64,000 bases of DNA from Candidatus Bipolaricaulota bacterium (GTDB lineage Bacteria > Bipolaricaulota > Bipolaricaulia > UBA7950 > UBA9294): NCBI GenBank assembly GCA_030606565.1, contig JAUWGE010000001.1, positions 4,478 through 68,477 on the forward strand, in the 5' to 3' direction. The translations under genes and the position numbers were made by a program. This document shows, piece by piece, positions 8,237 through 16,965 of this stretch. How positions within the stretch are numbered: the stretch's first letter is position 1; each line of letters opens with the position of its first letter. The notes under the pieces are model-generated. The model worked only from the letters and a program-made list of their open reading frames with translations. It did not search any database and was not told the DNA's origin.

Positions 8237-11200
8237 GTGAATAGGATTAGGGTATTTTGGGTGTTGTTGGGGGTCATGCTGCTCGCACTGACAAGCGGGA
8301 TGGCCAAGGAGGAGGTCACACCGGTCCTTCCCGATGTCGTTGCTATGGCACAGGCGGCCGCCCAGGCAGCCGCGCTAGCACAAGCCCAGGCTGAGGCGAT
8401 TGCCACCGAAGCCCAGGAGCTCTTGGACTCTCTAGATGTTGGGCAGCTGTTGAGCCAAGCCAGCGCAGCAAGCGCTGACGCGCAGGCCTCTGCCCTGGCG
8501 ATCGCAGACGCTGAGTCACGGGCACTAGCGATGGCCGACGCGTTTGCGATAGCGTGTGCCCAGGCTCAAGCCCAGGCCAAGGCAAGCGTGCAAGCGTGCG
8601 TAAGCGCGGCAGCTCGTGCCGACGCAGCGGCAGCGGCTTTCGCATTAGCCTGCGCAGGTGCTGAAGCCCACACTGGAGCATCAGTGAGTGCATGTGCCGC
8701 AGCGAAAGCCAAAGCCGCGGCGGCGATTGAAGAGGTAATGACAGCAATTGCCTGCGCCCAGGCCGAGGCTGAGGCAAGTGCGCGTGCGTGCGCTGTGGTG
8801 GCCGCTGAGGTTGATGCCTATGCATTTGCGGTTGCTGAGGCGCTGGCCGAAGCAGTGGCGATTGCGAATGCCCAGGCGATCGCAGCAAGCCTCGCGGTGG
8901 CGACGGCCGAGGCTGAAGCCAAGGCGGTCGCCGAGGTGTCGGCCTCGGCCCAGTCGCATGCCCTGGCAGTGTCCGCAGCTCTAGCACGGGCAGAGGCCCA
9001 CGCGCGAAGTGCGTCCACCGCATCCGGCCAGGCTCGAGCAACGACCGAACTCACTACGCAGAGGATAAAACAGTCCGTACCATGTGGCACAGTTGTTGCC
9101 GAGGTGGGTGGAGTCATCGAGGCAATCGCTGATGTCGTGGCAATGGCCAGCGCTTCCGCGGACGCATCCGCGCAGGCGGCAGCCATCGCAGCAGCCTCAG
9201 CCAGTGCATCGGCAGAGGCCGCGGCTTCGGCTTATGCTCGAGCAAAGGCCGAAGCGGAAGCTGCTGCATTTGCGTTCGCCCACGCTCAAGCCTCAGCGCT
9301 AGCCGTTGCTGAGGCGCACGCTCTTGCCATAGCGGAAGCCGAAGCGGCAGCGAGTGCGATCGCCGTAGCGTATGCCGAAGCGCAAGCCCAAGCCAATGCA
9401 GTGGCGACCGCTCTTGCGCAAGCCAGGGCGGCTGCCCACGCCGCAGCAACGGCGATCGCTGGATCGTACAGTACCGCATTCGCGGAGGCCGACGCGGTCG
9501 CTACAGCGTGTGCACAAGCGACGGCAGCAGCCAGGGCAATGGCTCGAGCAATCGCCACAGCAAGGGCCCAAGCCGAAGCTACCGCTTCAGCAGCGGCCGA
9601 TGCCTGTGCGGTAGCAACAGCCAGTGCACAAGCCATGGCAAGCGCAATTGCGCAGGCTGCGGCGCAGGCATCGGCCAGTGCGGCAGCGGCGGCATCAGCG
9701 TATGCGGAGGCGCGAAGTGAAGCAAGCGCCATGGCCGGTGCGGTCGCCATAGCTGTCGCCGAGGTACAGGCTCAAGCTGCGGCCTGCGCAACCGCAGCGG
9801 CGCAGGCACAGACGGTAGCTACAGCGTGTGTTCAGGCAGCCGCCCAGGCCTCTGCATCTGCCGAGGCCAGCGCATCGTCAGTCGGAACCGGTGAAGCCTA
9901 CGCGCAGGCCTTCGCAGCCGCGGTGGCGATAGCCTCTGCCGATGTCTTCGCCCACGCACAAACCGCTGCACAGGCGGCAGCACAAGCGCAGGCGGCAGCA
10001 CAAGCGTGCGCATCCGCGTTCGCCGAGGCACAGACGGCAGCAGCAGCCGGAGTGCAAGCGGTAGCCGAAGCCGTCGCCGAGGCGCAGGCAGCGGCCCACG
10101 TGTGTGCGTCCGCGCAAGCTCAAGCCGAAGCCGCAGCGTTTGCAGGTGCAGAGGCAATCGCTGAAGCATCTGCGCAAGCACAGGCTGCAGCGCTGGCTGC
10201 AGCGCTGGCCCAGGCGGACGCTGAAGCCCAGGTGGCTGTAGGTGTCCTGGCTATTGCCGAAGCGCAGGCCGAGGCGGAAGCCTCCGCGCATGCGGCGGCA
10301 CTTGCACTGGCTGCAGCGGAAGCGCACGTCACCGTAGGGGTAGAAGCAGCTACAACGGCGTTTGCGGATGCGGCCGCGGCCGCGTATGCCGCAGCTGGAG
10401 CATTGGCAATAGCGCATGCTGAGGCGTACGCCGCAGCGGGGGCTCTGGCGATTGCCCAAGCAGATGCCTATGCCGCAGCTCACGCCTGCGCAATAGCGTT
10501 TGCCGCCGCAGAAGCATCGGCCGAGGCCGTCGCTGATGCCCAGGTGAGAGCATCCGCGTCAGCGGAGACGGCCGCAGCAGCTCTAGCCCTCGCCTACGCC
10601 ACAGCTGAAGCGGCAGCGAGTGCAGCCACGTCAGCGTCCGCTTCTGTGAGGGTGGTCCCCAGTATCGAGGCCTCGGTCAAGGCGTTTATCGATCCAGAGT
10701 GCCTCCAGCCTGTGTGCGAAGAATACGAGCCTTGTCCGCCTTGCCCGCCTTGTCCGGAGCCGGGCGAGCCGACGTATCCCGAGGGGTGTCCCGAGCCGGA
10801 GGATCAGGCTTGGAAGTTCGGTGAGGTAAAGGCCGGTGTGTTCAGCATGAAACAAGCGACGCTGCCACCCGATATCCGGGCGAGCTTCGAGCCGTTCAAT
10901 ATCGTCAATAGCTACGAGATCACGAACACCTTGCCTTCAGGCACGATGACGCTTGACACAAGCACCTGGACCTGGACCGTGACCTTCACCGGCGCCCTTC
11001 CTGCAGGCACCTACCATGTCCTCTACGGGTTCATCGATGCCAGGCAGTGCCCGGTCGGAACCTTGGATGTGTGGATCAACGCTTTTGGCAGAGTGACGCC
11101 GGGAGTCACACCGACTCCTGAACCAGAAGAGGCCTGCGTAAGGATAAGTTCATTCTGTGTGCCGCAGCAGCGGATCTCTCTACTCACTCTTCTTACAGGT

Positions 11201-11884
11201 GGACTCACGGAGTTCTCCACCACCATGACGATCAACAACGTGCGATACTCAACGGAGTTTGAATACTGTGGGGAAGAGGGGACGCGGTTTATAGTGTGCA
11301 CACCGCAGGGCGTGTATGCCGCGGACCAAAGCCAACGCGTTTTCGCATACTGGGCAGCGTATGACGAGACGGAGCATTCTTGGGAACCGTTCTCCGAATC
11401 GAACTGCACAGCTGTGACGATTGAGGACGGCGCGTGGATCGCCGCGTTCTACCAGTGCGAGACGAGTTCTGGCTATACCCCACCACCTCCGTCGGAAGAG
11501 GTCTGCGTCAGGGTGAGCGCGTTCTACCTGCCCCCCGAGGCCCCACCTATAACTACGCCGACTTACAAGCCAGGAACGCCGCAGTATCTCGCGGGCCCGG
11601 TGCCGTTCCAGACAACATTCACCAAAGATGACAAATACAAGATCCTAACGGGATCAGAGCAGTGCGGAGAGCCCGGTGAGGGCTTCAAGATCTGTGCTCA
11701 CCAACAGGTTTGGACCAGCACGGAGGAGCAGCTCGTCTTCGCCTACTGGGCAAAGTACAACGAGGAGAGCGAAACATGGACGCCAATCTCTGAAGCCACC
11801 ACGTGCATTCGAGTCACGACGCGCACAGGCGCTTGGCTCGGCGCGTTCTACAAGCTTGTAAGCCCACAGACGGAAAACTACTAG
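8237..11884 (+). CDS. Giant secreted (Ala-X)n dipeptide-repeat protein with Cys/Pro linker and internally duplicated C-terminal domain
   Basis: GTG start after AGGGGGT. The signal peptide is MNRIRVFWVLLGVMLLALTSGMA. About 800 residues have Ala at every second position with the phase maintained, where X is E/Q/S/V/T/C/H/Y/F/L/I/K/R. The linker CPPCPPCPEPGEPTYPEGCPEPE follows. The C-terminal ~400 aa contain two ~115-aa repeats: ...CGEEGTRFIVC..VFAYWAAYDE..W.P.SE..C..VT...GAW.AAFY and ...CGEPGEGFKICAH..VFAYWAKYNE..W.P.SE..C..VT...GAW.GAFY. Confidence 0.75.
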   Translation: MNRIRVFWVLLGVMLLALTSGMAKEEVTPVLPDVVAMAQAAAQAAALAQAQAEAIATEAQELLDSLDVGQLLSQASAASADAQASALAIADAESRALAMADAFAIACAQAQAQAKASVQACVSAAARADAAAAAFALACAGAEAHTGASVSACAAAKAKAAAAIEEVMTAIACAQAEAEASARACAVVAAEVDAYAFAVAEALAEAVAIANAQAIAASLAVATAEAEAKAVAEVSASAQSHALAVSAALARAEAHARSASTASGQARATTELTTQRIKQSVPCGTVVAEVGGVIEAIADVVAMASASADASAQAAAIAAASASASAEAAASAYARAKAEAEAAAFAFAHAQASALAVAEAHALAIAEAEAAASAIAVAYAEAQAQANAVATALAQARAAAHAAATAIAGSYSTAFAEADAVATACAQATAAARAMARAIATARAQAEATASAAADACAVATASAQAMASAIAQAAAQASASAAAAASAYAEARSEASAMAGAVAIAVAEVQAQAAACATAAAQAQTVATACVQAAAQASASAEASASSVGTGEAYAQAFAAAVAIASADVFAHAQTAAQAAAQAQAAAQACASAFAEAQTAAAAGVQAVAEAVAEAQAAAHVCASAQAQAEAAAFAGAEAIAEASAQAQAAALAAALAQADAEAQVAVGVLAIAEAQAEAEASAHAAALALAAAEAHVTVGVEAATTAFADAAAAAYAAAGALAIAHAEAYAAAGALAIAQADAYAAAHACAIAFAAAEASAEAVADAQVRASASAETAAAALALAYATAEAAASAATSASASVRVVPSIEASVKAFIDPECLQPVCEEYEPCPPCPPCPEPGEPTYPEGCPEPEDQAWKFGEVKAGVFSMKQATLPPDIRASFEPFNIVNSYEITNTLPSGTMTLDTSTWTWTVTFTGALPAGTYHVLYGFIDARQCPVGTLDVWINAFGRVTPGVTPTPEPEEACVRISSFCVPQQRISLLTLLTGGLTEFSTTMTINNVRYSTEFEYCGEEGTRFIVCTPQGVYAADQSQRVFAYWAAYDETEHSWEPFSESNCTAVTIEDGAWIAAFYQCETSSGYTPPPPSEEVCVRVSAFYLPPEAPPITTPTYKPGTPQYLAGPVPFQTTFTKDDKYKILTGSEQCGEPGEGFKICAHQQVWTSTEEQLVFAYWAKYNEESETWTPISEATTCIRVTTRTGAWLGAFYKLVSPQTENY
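8339..10660 (+). repeat. Coding (GCN-NNN)n hexanucleotide periodicity encoding the (Ala-X)n tract
   Basis: Alternating GCN codons over ~2.3 kb. They generate long spurious ORFs in the other five frames (Arg/Pro-rich, Ala/Cys-rich). Confidence 0.8.
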
Positions 11885-11896
11885 CTCCAACTATCC

Positions 11897-11927
11897 GGGG
11901 GATGGCGAAAGTCGTCCCCCGTTTTTC
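11897..11927 (+). terminator. Rho-independent terminator after the giant repeat-protein gene
   Basis: GGGGGATGGCGAAAGTCGTCCCCC is a hairpin with a GAAA-type loop. It is followed by GTTTTTC. Confidence 0.6.
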
Positions 11928-11972
11928 ATTGCAGTTGACGGGGTCGGGGACGCTTGTTACTCTAGGAAAGAC

Positions 11973-12054
11973 GCGAGGGTGGCGGAATTGGCAGACGCGC
12001 TAGCCTTAGGAGCTAGTGCCTTAGGGCGTGCGGGTTCGAGTCCCGCCCTTCGCA
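11973..12054 (+). tRNA. tRNA-Leu (anticodon TAG)
   Basis: Acceptor GCGAGGG/CCTTCGC. Anticodon arm CTAGC-CTTAGGA-GCTAG. A long variable arm and T-arm GCGGG-TTCGAGT-CCCGC are present. Confidence 0.8.
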
Positions 12055-12096
12055 GTTGTGGTTACTCGCATTTCCCGCTATAATGATTAAGCCTTT

Positions 12097-12168
12097 GCGG
12101 GAATAGCTCAGAGGTAGAGCACTGCCTTGCCAAGGCAGGGGTCGCGGGTTCAAATCCCGTTTCCCGCT
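12097..12168 (+). tRNA. tRNA-Gly (anticodon GCC)
   Basis: GCGGGAATAGCTCAGAGGTAGAGCACTGCCTTGCCAAGGCAGGGGTCGCGGGTTCAAATCCCGTTTCCCGCT. Confidence 0.85.
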
Positions 12169-12199
12169 CTTTAAAAAAGCTGGGAAGTCAAGGATGTTT

Positions 12200-12283
12200 G
12201 CCGGGGTGGCGGAATAGGCAGACGCAAGGGACTTAAAATCCCTTGAGGGTTTCCTCGTGCGGGTTCGAGTCCCGCTCCCGGCA
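12200..12283 (+). tRNA. tRNA-Leu (anticodon TAA)
   Basis: Acceptor GCCGGGG/TCCCGGC. Anticodon arm AGGGA-CTTAAAA-TCCCT. A long variable arm is present. Confidence 0.8.
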
Positions 12284-12292
12284 CAAGAGATC

Positions 12293-12367
12293 GCGGGGTG
12301 GAGCAATTAGGAAGCTCGTCGGGCTCATAACCCGGAGGTTGCTGGTTCGAATCCGGCCCCCGCAACC
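12293..12367 (+). tRNA. Initiator tRNA-fMet (anticodon CAT), CCA encoded
   Basis: A C1:A72 mismatch (CGCGGGG / CCCCGCA) is present. The anticodon stem has three consecutive G:C pairs with loop CTCATAA. The 3' end is ...ACCA. Confidence 0.75.
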
Positions 12368-12372
12368 AGTCA

Positions 12373-12447
12373 GGCGGCGTAGCTCAACCGGTTTAGAGCG
12401 CTCGGCTCATATCCGAGAGGTTCGGGGTTCGAGTCCCTGCGCCGCTA
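12373..12447 (+). tRNA. Elongator tRNA-Met (anticodon CAT) or tRNA-Ile2 (lysidine)
   Basis: GGCGGCGTAGCTCAACCGGTTTAGAGCGCTCGGCTCATATCCGAGAGGTTCGGGGTTCGAGTCCCTGCGCCGCTA. Confidence 0.7.
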
Positions 12448-12464
12448 GTTGTTTCATTAAATAA

Positions 12465-12538
12465 GGGGGCGTAGCTCTAATCGGGAGAGCGCTGCGTTCG
12501 CATCGCAGAGGTTGGCGGTTCGAATCCGCTCGCCTCCA
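12465..12538 (+). tRNA. tRNA-Ala (anticodon CGC)
   Basis: The G3:U70 identity pair is present. Anticodon arm CTGCG-TTCGCAT-CGCAG. T-loop TTCGAAT. Confidence 0.8.
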
Positions 12539-12604
12539 TTCCCTTGTTTGATAAGTGTCCTTTCCCCGTTTTGACGAAAGGGCACGAGACCTCACCTGCT
12601 TAAC

Positions 12605-13498
12605 CTAGAGGCCGGCCCGCCATAGAAGAAAAGCGATTCCGGATGAGGCGATGCTGGTCCCAGCCAGGATGGCAACGGCTTTCCTTACGCCGAAGCGGAT
12701 GGCCAACCGGTGGTGGATATGGCGCTTGTCGCCCTGGAATATCGACTGGCCGCGTACAATGCGGCGAATGACGGCAAAGACGGTGTCACTCAGCGGAAGT
12801 GCCACAAGGAACAAGGCTGGTAGGATTGACCATCCTTCTGGGTCACGGTTGAGGATCATCAATGTAAGGATTGCAAGTAGGTATCCAAGGAGCTCGGCGC
12901 CGGTATCCCCCAAAAGGAGCCGACCACGATGTCGGTTGAAGGGGTAAAACCCGACAAGCGCCCCCAGTGTGGCCGCAGCGAGGATCGCCCCCACAGAGCT
13001 TCCTATCGAGAAAGCGATGATGATGAGGGCGGTGAGCGGCGAGAACAGTGTGGCGATGGCCAGCCCGTCCAGCCCGTCGATCAGGTTCACCGCATTCATC
13101 AAGCCAACCACCCAGAGGAAGGTCACGAACCACTGAGCGCTTCCTAGATAGACCGCTGTGCCAAGGGAGATTAAATGAAGTGAGGAAAGACCGATCGCCG
13201 CGAAGGTCGCTGCAACACCCTGCCCGAGGAGCTTATACCGAGGGGAAAGGTCGATCCGATCATCGATTAAACTGACGAGGAGGATCACTGCGGCTCCCGC
13301 CAGGAGAAACAGGTTTAAATCGCTAAAGATTGGGATCATCCCCACGAGGGTGCCAACAAGGAGCACCGGACCGCCGATCGGCCTACCCTCGTCCGCAGCC
13401 CGAAATGGCCACGTTCTCCCAGCGTGGAGGATCAAAAGAGCGCCCACAATCGTGACGGCAAGTGAGAGTAGAACCGCCATGAGAAGTGACCAGACCAT
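12605..13498 (-). CDS. Glycosyltransferase family 4 polyprenyl-phosphate N-acetylhexosamine-1-phosphate transferase (WecA/TagO/MraY family)
   Basis: Motifs NAVNLIDGLDGLA and DKRHIHH are present. The protein is multi-TM. Confidence 0.85.
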   Translation of the reverse strand: MVWSLLMAVLLSLAVTIVGALLILHAGRTWPFRAADEGRPIGGPVLLVGTLVGMIPIFSDLNLFLLAGAAVILLVSLIDDRIDLSPRYKLLGQGVAATFAAIGLSSLHLISLGTAVYLGSAQWFVTFLWVVGLMNAVNLIDGLDGLAIATLFSPLTALIIIAFSIGSSVGAILAAATLGALVGFYPFNRHRGRLLLGDTGAELLGYLLAILTLMILNRDPEGWSILPALFLVALPLSDTVFAVIRRIVRGQSIFQGDKRHIHHRLAIRFGVRKAVAILAGTSIASSGIAFLLWRAGL

Positions 13499-13574
13499 GG
13501 ACTAAATTGTAGGAATAGGCCCCTGGGCGGGCAAGCTCTTCCTTAAAGGAATTAAAGACTCGGGATAACTTTGA

Positions 13575-14843
13575 CTACCAGGTTAGTGCCATCCCGATTC
13601 TCCACTCGGTAAAACCGGTGGTATCGATAACCACTCCGCTTGACACCGAGAAGAACCCACCGTTACTGAGGGTTGCCTCCATCTCACTTCTACCCCAGTC
13701 GAATAACAGCCCTGTCGAGGTCGAGAAGAAGGTATCGACGGAGAAGGTGGAGCCGCATCCAGCGGGGGGGATCTCTACTATCAAAGAGATGATCTCCCAG
13801 TATTCCTGCGGGTAGTAGAGGTGGTCTTCCTCTAGGGCTTCAGTTAGTGGCTCAACGATCAAGCCGTACTCAGGGATCGTGATGACGTACTCACTCGTGT
13901 CCAGATTCGAGATGCTGGTGAAGGTCGCTCCGGCAAAGGTCGCCTGGAACGCGATCCCGTAGATCTCAATCCCGGTGAGCTTTGCCCCATCTTGCAAGAT
14001 TTTGGTGTATATCTTCACGCAACCGAAATCGGTTTCCAGTGAGGGAATAAACGTATGACTTGCAGTCTGGATGGAGAAGTAATAATCCAGCGTTATATTC
14101 AGTGGAAGTCCGAACAGGTGTGTAAACGATAGCTCGATCTGTTGGGACTCAAAGCCCGAGCAGGTGAAGCTAGTCACGCTCGTCAGCTCAACGCAGGCAA
14201 AGGCGTTGGCCTTAAAGGTGAACTCCGCTCCCGAGAACGAGAGGTCACAGGACGCAATGGTGGGATCCGTCGTGTACGTCTTCGTGAGCAAGCTCCATAC
14301 GGCGTAAGAAGGGGTTTGGTTGGTCGTTTGTGGGGCGGTAAACGTAATTCCGCTCAAGTCTGCTCCCAAGAAGATGGCAGCCTCGAATGAGGCAAATCCT
14401 CCCGGCAGCTCTCCGTAAAGATCGAGCACGTACCCGTTCTTCCAGCCTCCGGCGGCGTTCGGCCCCACCATGGCGGAGTAGAGCTTCATCTCAAGCGCTG
14501 AAAAACCAAACCTTAATACACCCTGTGCATAGAGAAATGAGCCAGTCTGTGGTTCAAAGAGCATCATCCCGTCGAAGCCAAAACACCCCAACGAGGCAGA
14601 AAGACCAAACTCCTGCCATAGCCAGCCGCTAAAGAGGAAATCAGAGGTGCTCGATACTTCTAAGAACGCAAGGCGCAAACCCACCTCAAGGGTCGACGAA
14701 AAGGAAGAAAAGGGCATCGTCTGCTGGGGAGACAGACCGATCTCTGCATTCCAACTTCCCGTAAACGACGGTTCCATGGCCAGGCAGGCTGTCGTTCCCA
14801 AAAACACAAATAAGCTCACAATAACTACAATGCGGTAACTCAC
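13575..14843 (-). CDS. Secreted beta-rich hypothetical protein (possible outer-membrane beta-barrel)
   Basis: A signal peptide MSYRIVVIVSLFVFLGTTACLA is present. Gly/Ser/Thr/Phe-rich alternating strands follow. The C-terminus is aromatic (...MALTW). Confidence 0.4.
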   Translation of the reverse strand: MSYRIVVIVSLFVFLGTTACLAMEPSFTGSWNAEIGLSPQQTMPFSSFSSTLEVGLRLAFLEVSSTSDFLFSGWLWQEFGLSASLGCFGFDGMMLFEPQTGSFLYAQGVLRFGFSALEMKLYSAMVGPNAAGGWKNGYVLDLYGELPGGFASFEAAIFLGADLSGITFTAPQTTNQTPSYAVWSLLTKTYTTDPTIASCDLSFSGAEFTFKANAFACVELTSVTSFTCSGFESQQIELSFTHLFGLPLNITLDYYFSIQTASHTFIPSLETDFGCVKIYTKILQDGAKLTGIEIYGIAFQATFAGATFTSISNLDTSEYVITIPEYGLIVEPLTEALEEDHLYYPQEYWEIISLIVEIPPAGCGSTFSVDTFFSTSTGLLFDWGRSEMEATLSNGGFFSVSSGVVIDTTGFTEWRIGMALTW

Positions 14844-15085
14844 CTGAGACTCCCTTTCACTCCGGTCACAATAAGCTCCTGCGTGTTAAGCGCATCTTTT
14901 AAGCCCCTTTTTGCTCTTTTCTGACCCTATCCCGTAAACCCCCCTGACCTCTACACTCTTCGACCAAGCCAGAGGGGAAATAGGTCACCCGCTTAACCAG
15001 CAACGGTCCCTCTGGGGGTTGACATCGATTCCCTCTCACGAGGGGGCGGTTGGCGCGGGGTGGGTTTCCCGGTAGACTACTGCGT

Positions 15086-15895
15086 ATGCGAAGGTTCGTG
15101 ATTCTCGGCCACAAGGCGGCGGTAACGCCGCAGTTTAACCTGGACGACCTTCCCGGAAGTGCGGGGAGGATGGACATCCTCTGCCGCGCGATCGGGGCGG
15201 CCTTCTTTCTCTCACACGAGCTGCGCCGCGACATTGAGGTGACTCTCCTGTTGCAGAATAAGGTCCGGATCCGGCTTCTCGGAGAGAAGCTTCGACACTT
15301 AAACCCGGATGAGCGGTCGACCGGTGCCCTACTGAAGCACGCTTTAGAAAAGCTGAGTGACGAAGAGGTGGAGAGCACCCCCGGAATCTACATTTCTCAA
15401 GGGAATCTCAGTGCTACCCTTGACCGACTGTATCAGGTGGGGGCCCATCCAATCGTCCTTTGCGAAGAGGGGGACCCGTTTGACTCTGCCTCACTGCCGG
15501 AGGATCCCGCCTTCTTTCTCTCCGATCACCTCGATTTCACTGCTACAGAGGAAGAGGTACTCGCCGATCTACCTCGCCTTTCCCTGGGAGAGCAGCCCCT
15601 ACATGCGAGTCAGTGCATCACCATCGTCCACTACCTCCTTGACCGACAGCGCGAACAGGATCAGGCCGACCTCGTTTGTTGCCACAAGGTGTGGGGCGAG
15701 CCGAAGTCGCTTTTGATCAAGGGATTACTCGAGGATTTTGGGATCCCGGTGAACCTCCTCCGCCACGTCCCTCCTTCCGTTTATCCGATGACGGTCGACG
15801 GCCTTGCCGAGGTGAGGATCATGGTTTGCGAGAGCGACCTTCCCCGCGCCAAGGAGATCATCGCCGAATACTTTGAGGAACCAACCGACGAGTAG
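15086..15895 (+). CDS. TrmY-like SPOUT methyltransferase (DUF358) fused to C-terminal DUF2007-like domain
   Basis: The N-terminus MRRFVILGHKAAVTPQFNLDDLPGSAGRMDILCRAIGAAFFLSHELRRDIEVTLLL matches the tRNA pseudouridine-N1 methyltransferase TrmY pattern. The C-terminus ...PKSLLIKGLLEDFGIPVNL...VRIMVCESDLPRAKEII matches DUF2007. Confidence 0.5.
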   Translation: MRRFVILGHKAAVTPQFNLDDLPGSAGRMDILCRAIGAAFFLSHELRRDIEVTLLLQNKVRIRLLGEKLRHLNPDERSTGALLKHALEKLSDEEVESTPGIYISQGNLSATLDRLYQVGAHPIVLCEEGDPFDSASLPEDPAFFLSDHLDFTATEEEVLADLPRLSLGEQPLHASQCITIVHYLLDRQREQDQADLVCCHKVWGEPKSLLIKGLLEDFGIPVNLLRHVPPSVYPMTVDGLAEVRIMVCESDLPRAKEIIAEYFEEPTDE

Positions 15896-16221
15896 GAAAG
15901 CTATCAGTACTCAGTAGCAAGCGGTCAGGACCCACAAGAGGAACGCTATTTTTCTGGCTCTTCTCTATTCGGTATGGGTAAACTGGTGCTCTCGTGCGGG
16001 CAAGCTCAACTTCAGACTACCCACTTGAACCGAAGGCCTTTGAAACTATTAGGGAGCCAAGAAACCAGGAAAGATTATCATTTTTTACCTCTTGTCTCTG
16101 AGTTCTCATGGCTTCCTGGCTTCCTCATGATAAGATTGTAAGCCAGTTTGACCTCAGGTTACCCACTTGAAACAGTGAGGAGCCATTTTTCTTCTCTAGT
16201 AGTTGTCTTACAATTCGTGTT

Positions 16222-16887
16222 ATGGAGAGCTACCACCAAGAGAATGACCCGTTTGCGACGAGGCGCCATGCGATGGTCAAACATCAGCTGCGCGCCCGTG
16301 GGATTGCGGATAAGGACGTCCTTGCCGTGATGGGAAGGGTTGCCAGGCACCTGTTTGTACCTTCGCCCCTGCGCGAGGAAGCGTACGCGGATCACCCGCT
16401 ACCGATCGGGGAGGGGCAGACGATCTCCCAGCCGTACATCGTCGCCTTGATGACCGAGGCCCTTTTCGTGACAGGAGGGGCAAAGGTCCTTGAGATAGGG
16501 ACCGGCTCCGGCTACCAGACAGCCATCCTCGCGGAGTTGGCGAACACCGTATTTACGGTTGAGCGTTCTAGTGCCCTCTCTTCTGGGGCGCAACGACTCC
16601 TGCGACATCTTGGGTACGAAAATATTCAGTTTGTTGTGGGGGACGGGACTCTGGGCCTTCCCGCAGAGACGCCGTTCGATCGGATCATCGCCACGGGGAG
16701 CCTCCCCTGTCTCCCCCAGGGGCTCCTTGACCAGCTCACCGTAGACGGGATCTGCGTCCTGCCTGTGGGAGATAGATCCCTACAGCGCCTGTTGCAGGTG
16801 AAAAAGGTTGGCTCCTCAGTTGAGCAACATGACCTGGGAGCATGCTGCTTTGTCCCCTTGATTGGGAAAGAGGGGTGGAGTTCGTAA
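16222..16887 (+). CDS. pcm: Protein-L-isoaspartate O-methyltransferase
   Basis: ...GEGQTISQPYIVALMTEALFVTGGAKVLEIGTGSGYQTAILAEL... is the canonical PIMT motif. Confidence 0.9.
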   Translation: MESYHQENDPFATRRHAMVKHQLRARGIADKDVLAVMGRVARHLFVPSPLREEAYADHPLPIGEGQTISQPYIVALMTEALFVTGGAKVLEIGTGSGYQTAILAELANTVFTVERSSALSSGAQRLLRHLGYENIQFVVGDGTLGLPAETPFDRIIATGSLPCLPQGLLDQLTVDGICVLPVGDRSLQRLLQVKKVGSSVEQHDLGACCFVPLIGKEGWSS

Positions 16888-16965
16888 ATGCGCGATTTTT
16901 AGGAACCTAACAAGAACCACCTACGCCTTCATTTCATGTTAAGATCTAAACTGAAAGGAGCCACC

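Noticed and set aside
8343-10483. Many long ORFs on both strands inside the giant gene (for example 8343..9041-, 9286..9750-, 9878..10483-, 8748..8984+), Arg/Pro-rich or Ala/Cys-rich
   Set aside because: They are frame-shifted or antisense readings of the (GCN-NNN)n repeat. Their low-complexity composition mirrors the Ala codons, so they are artefacts of the periodic DNA.
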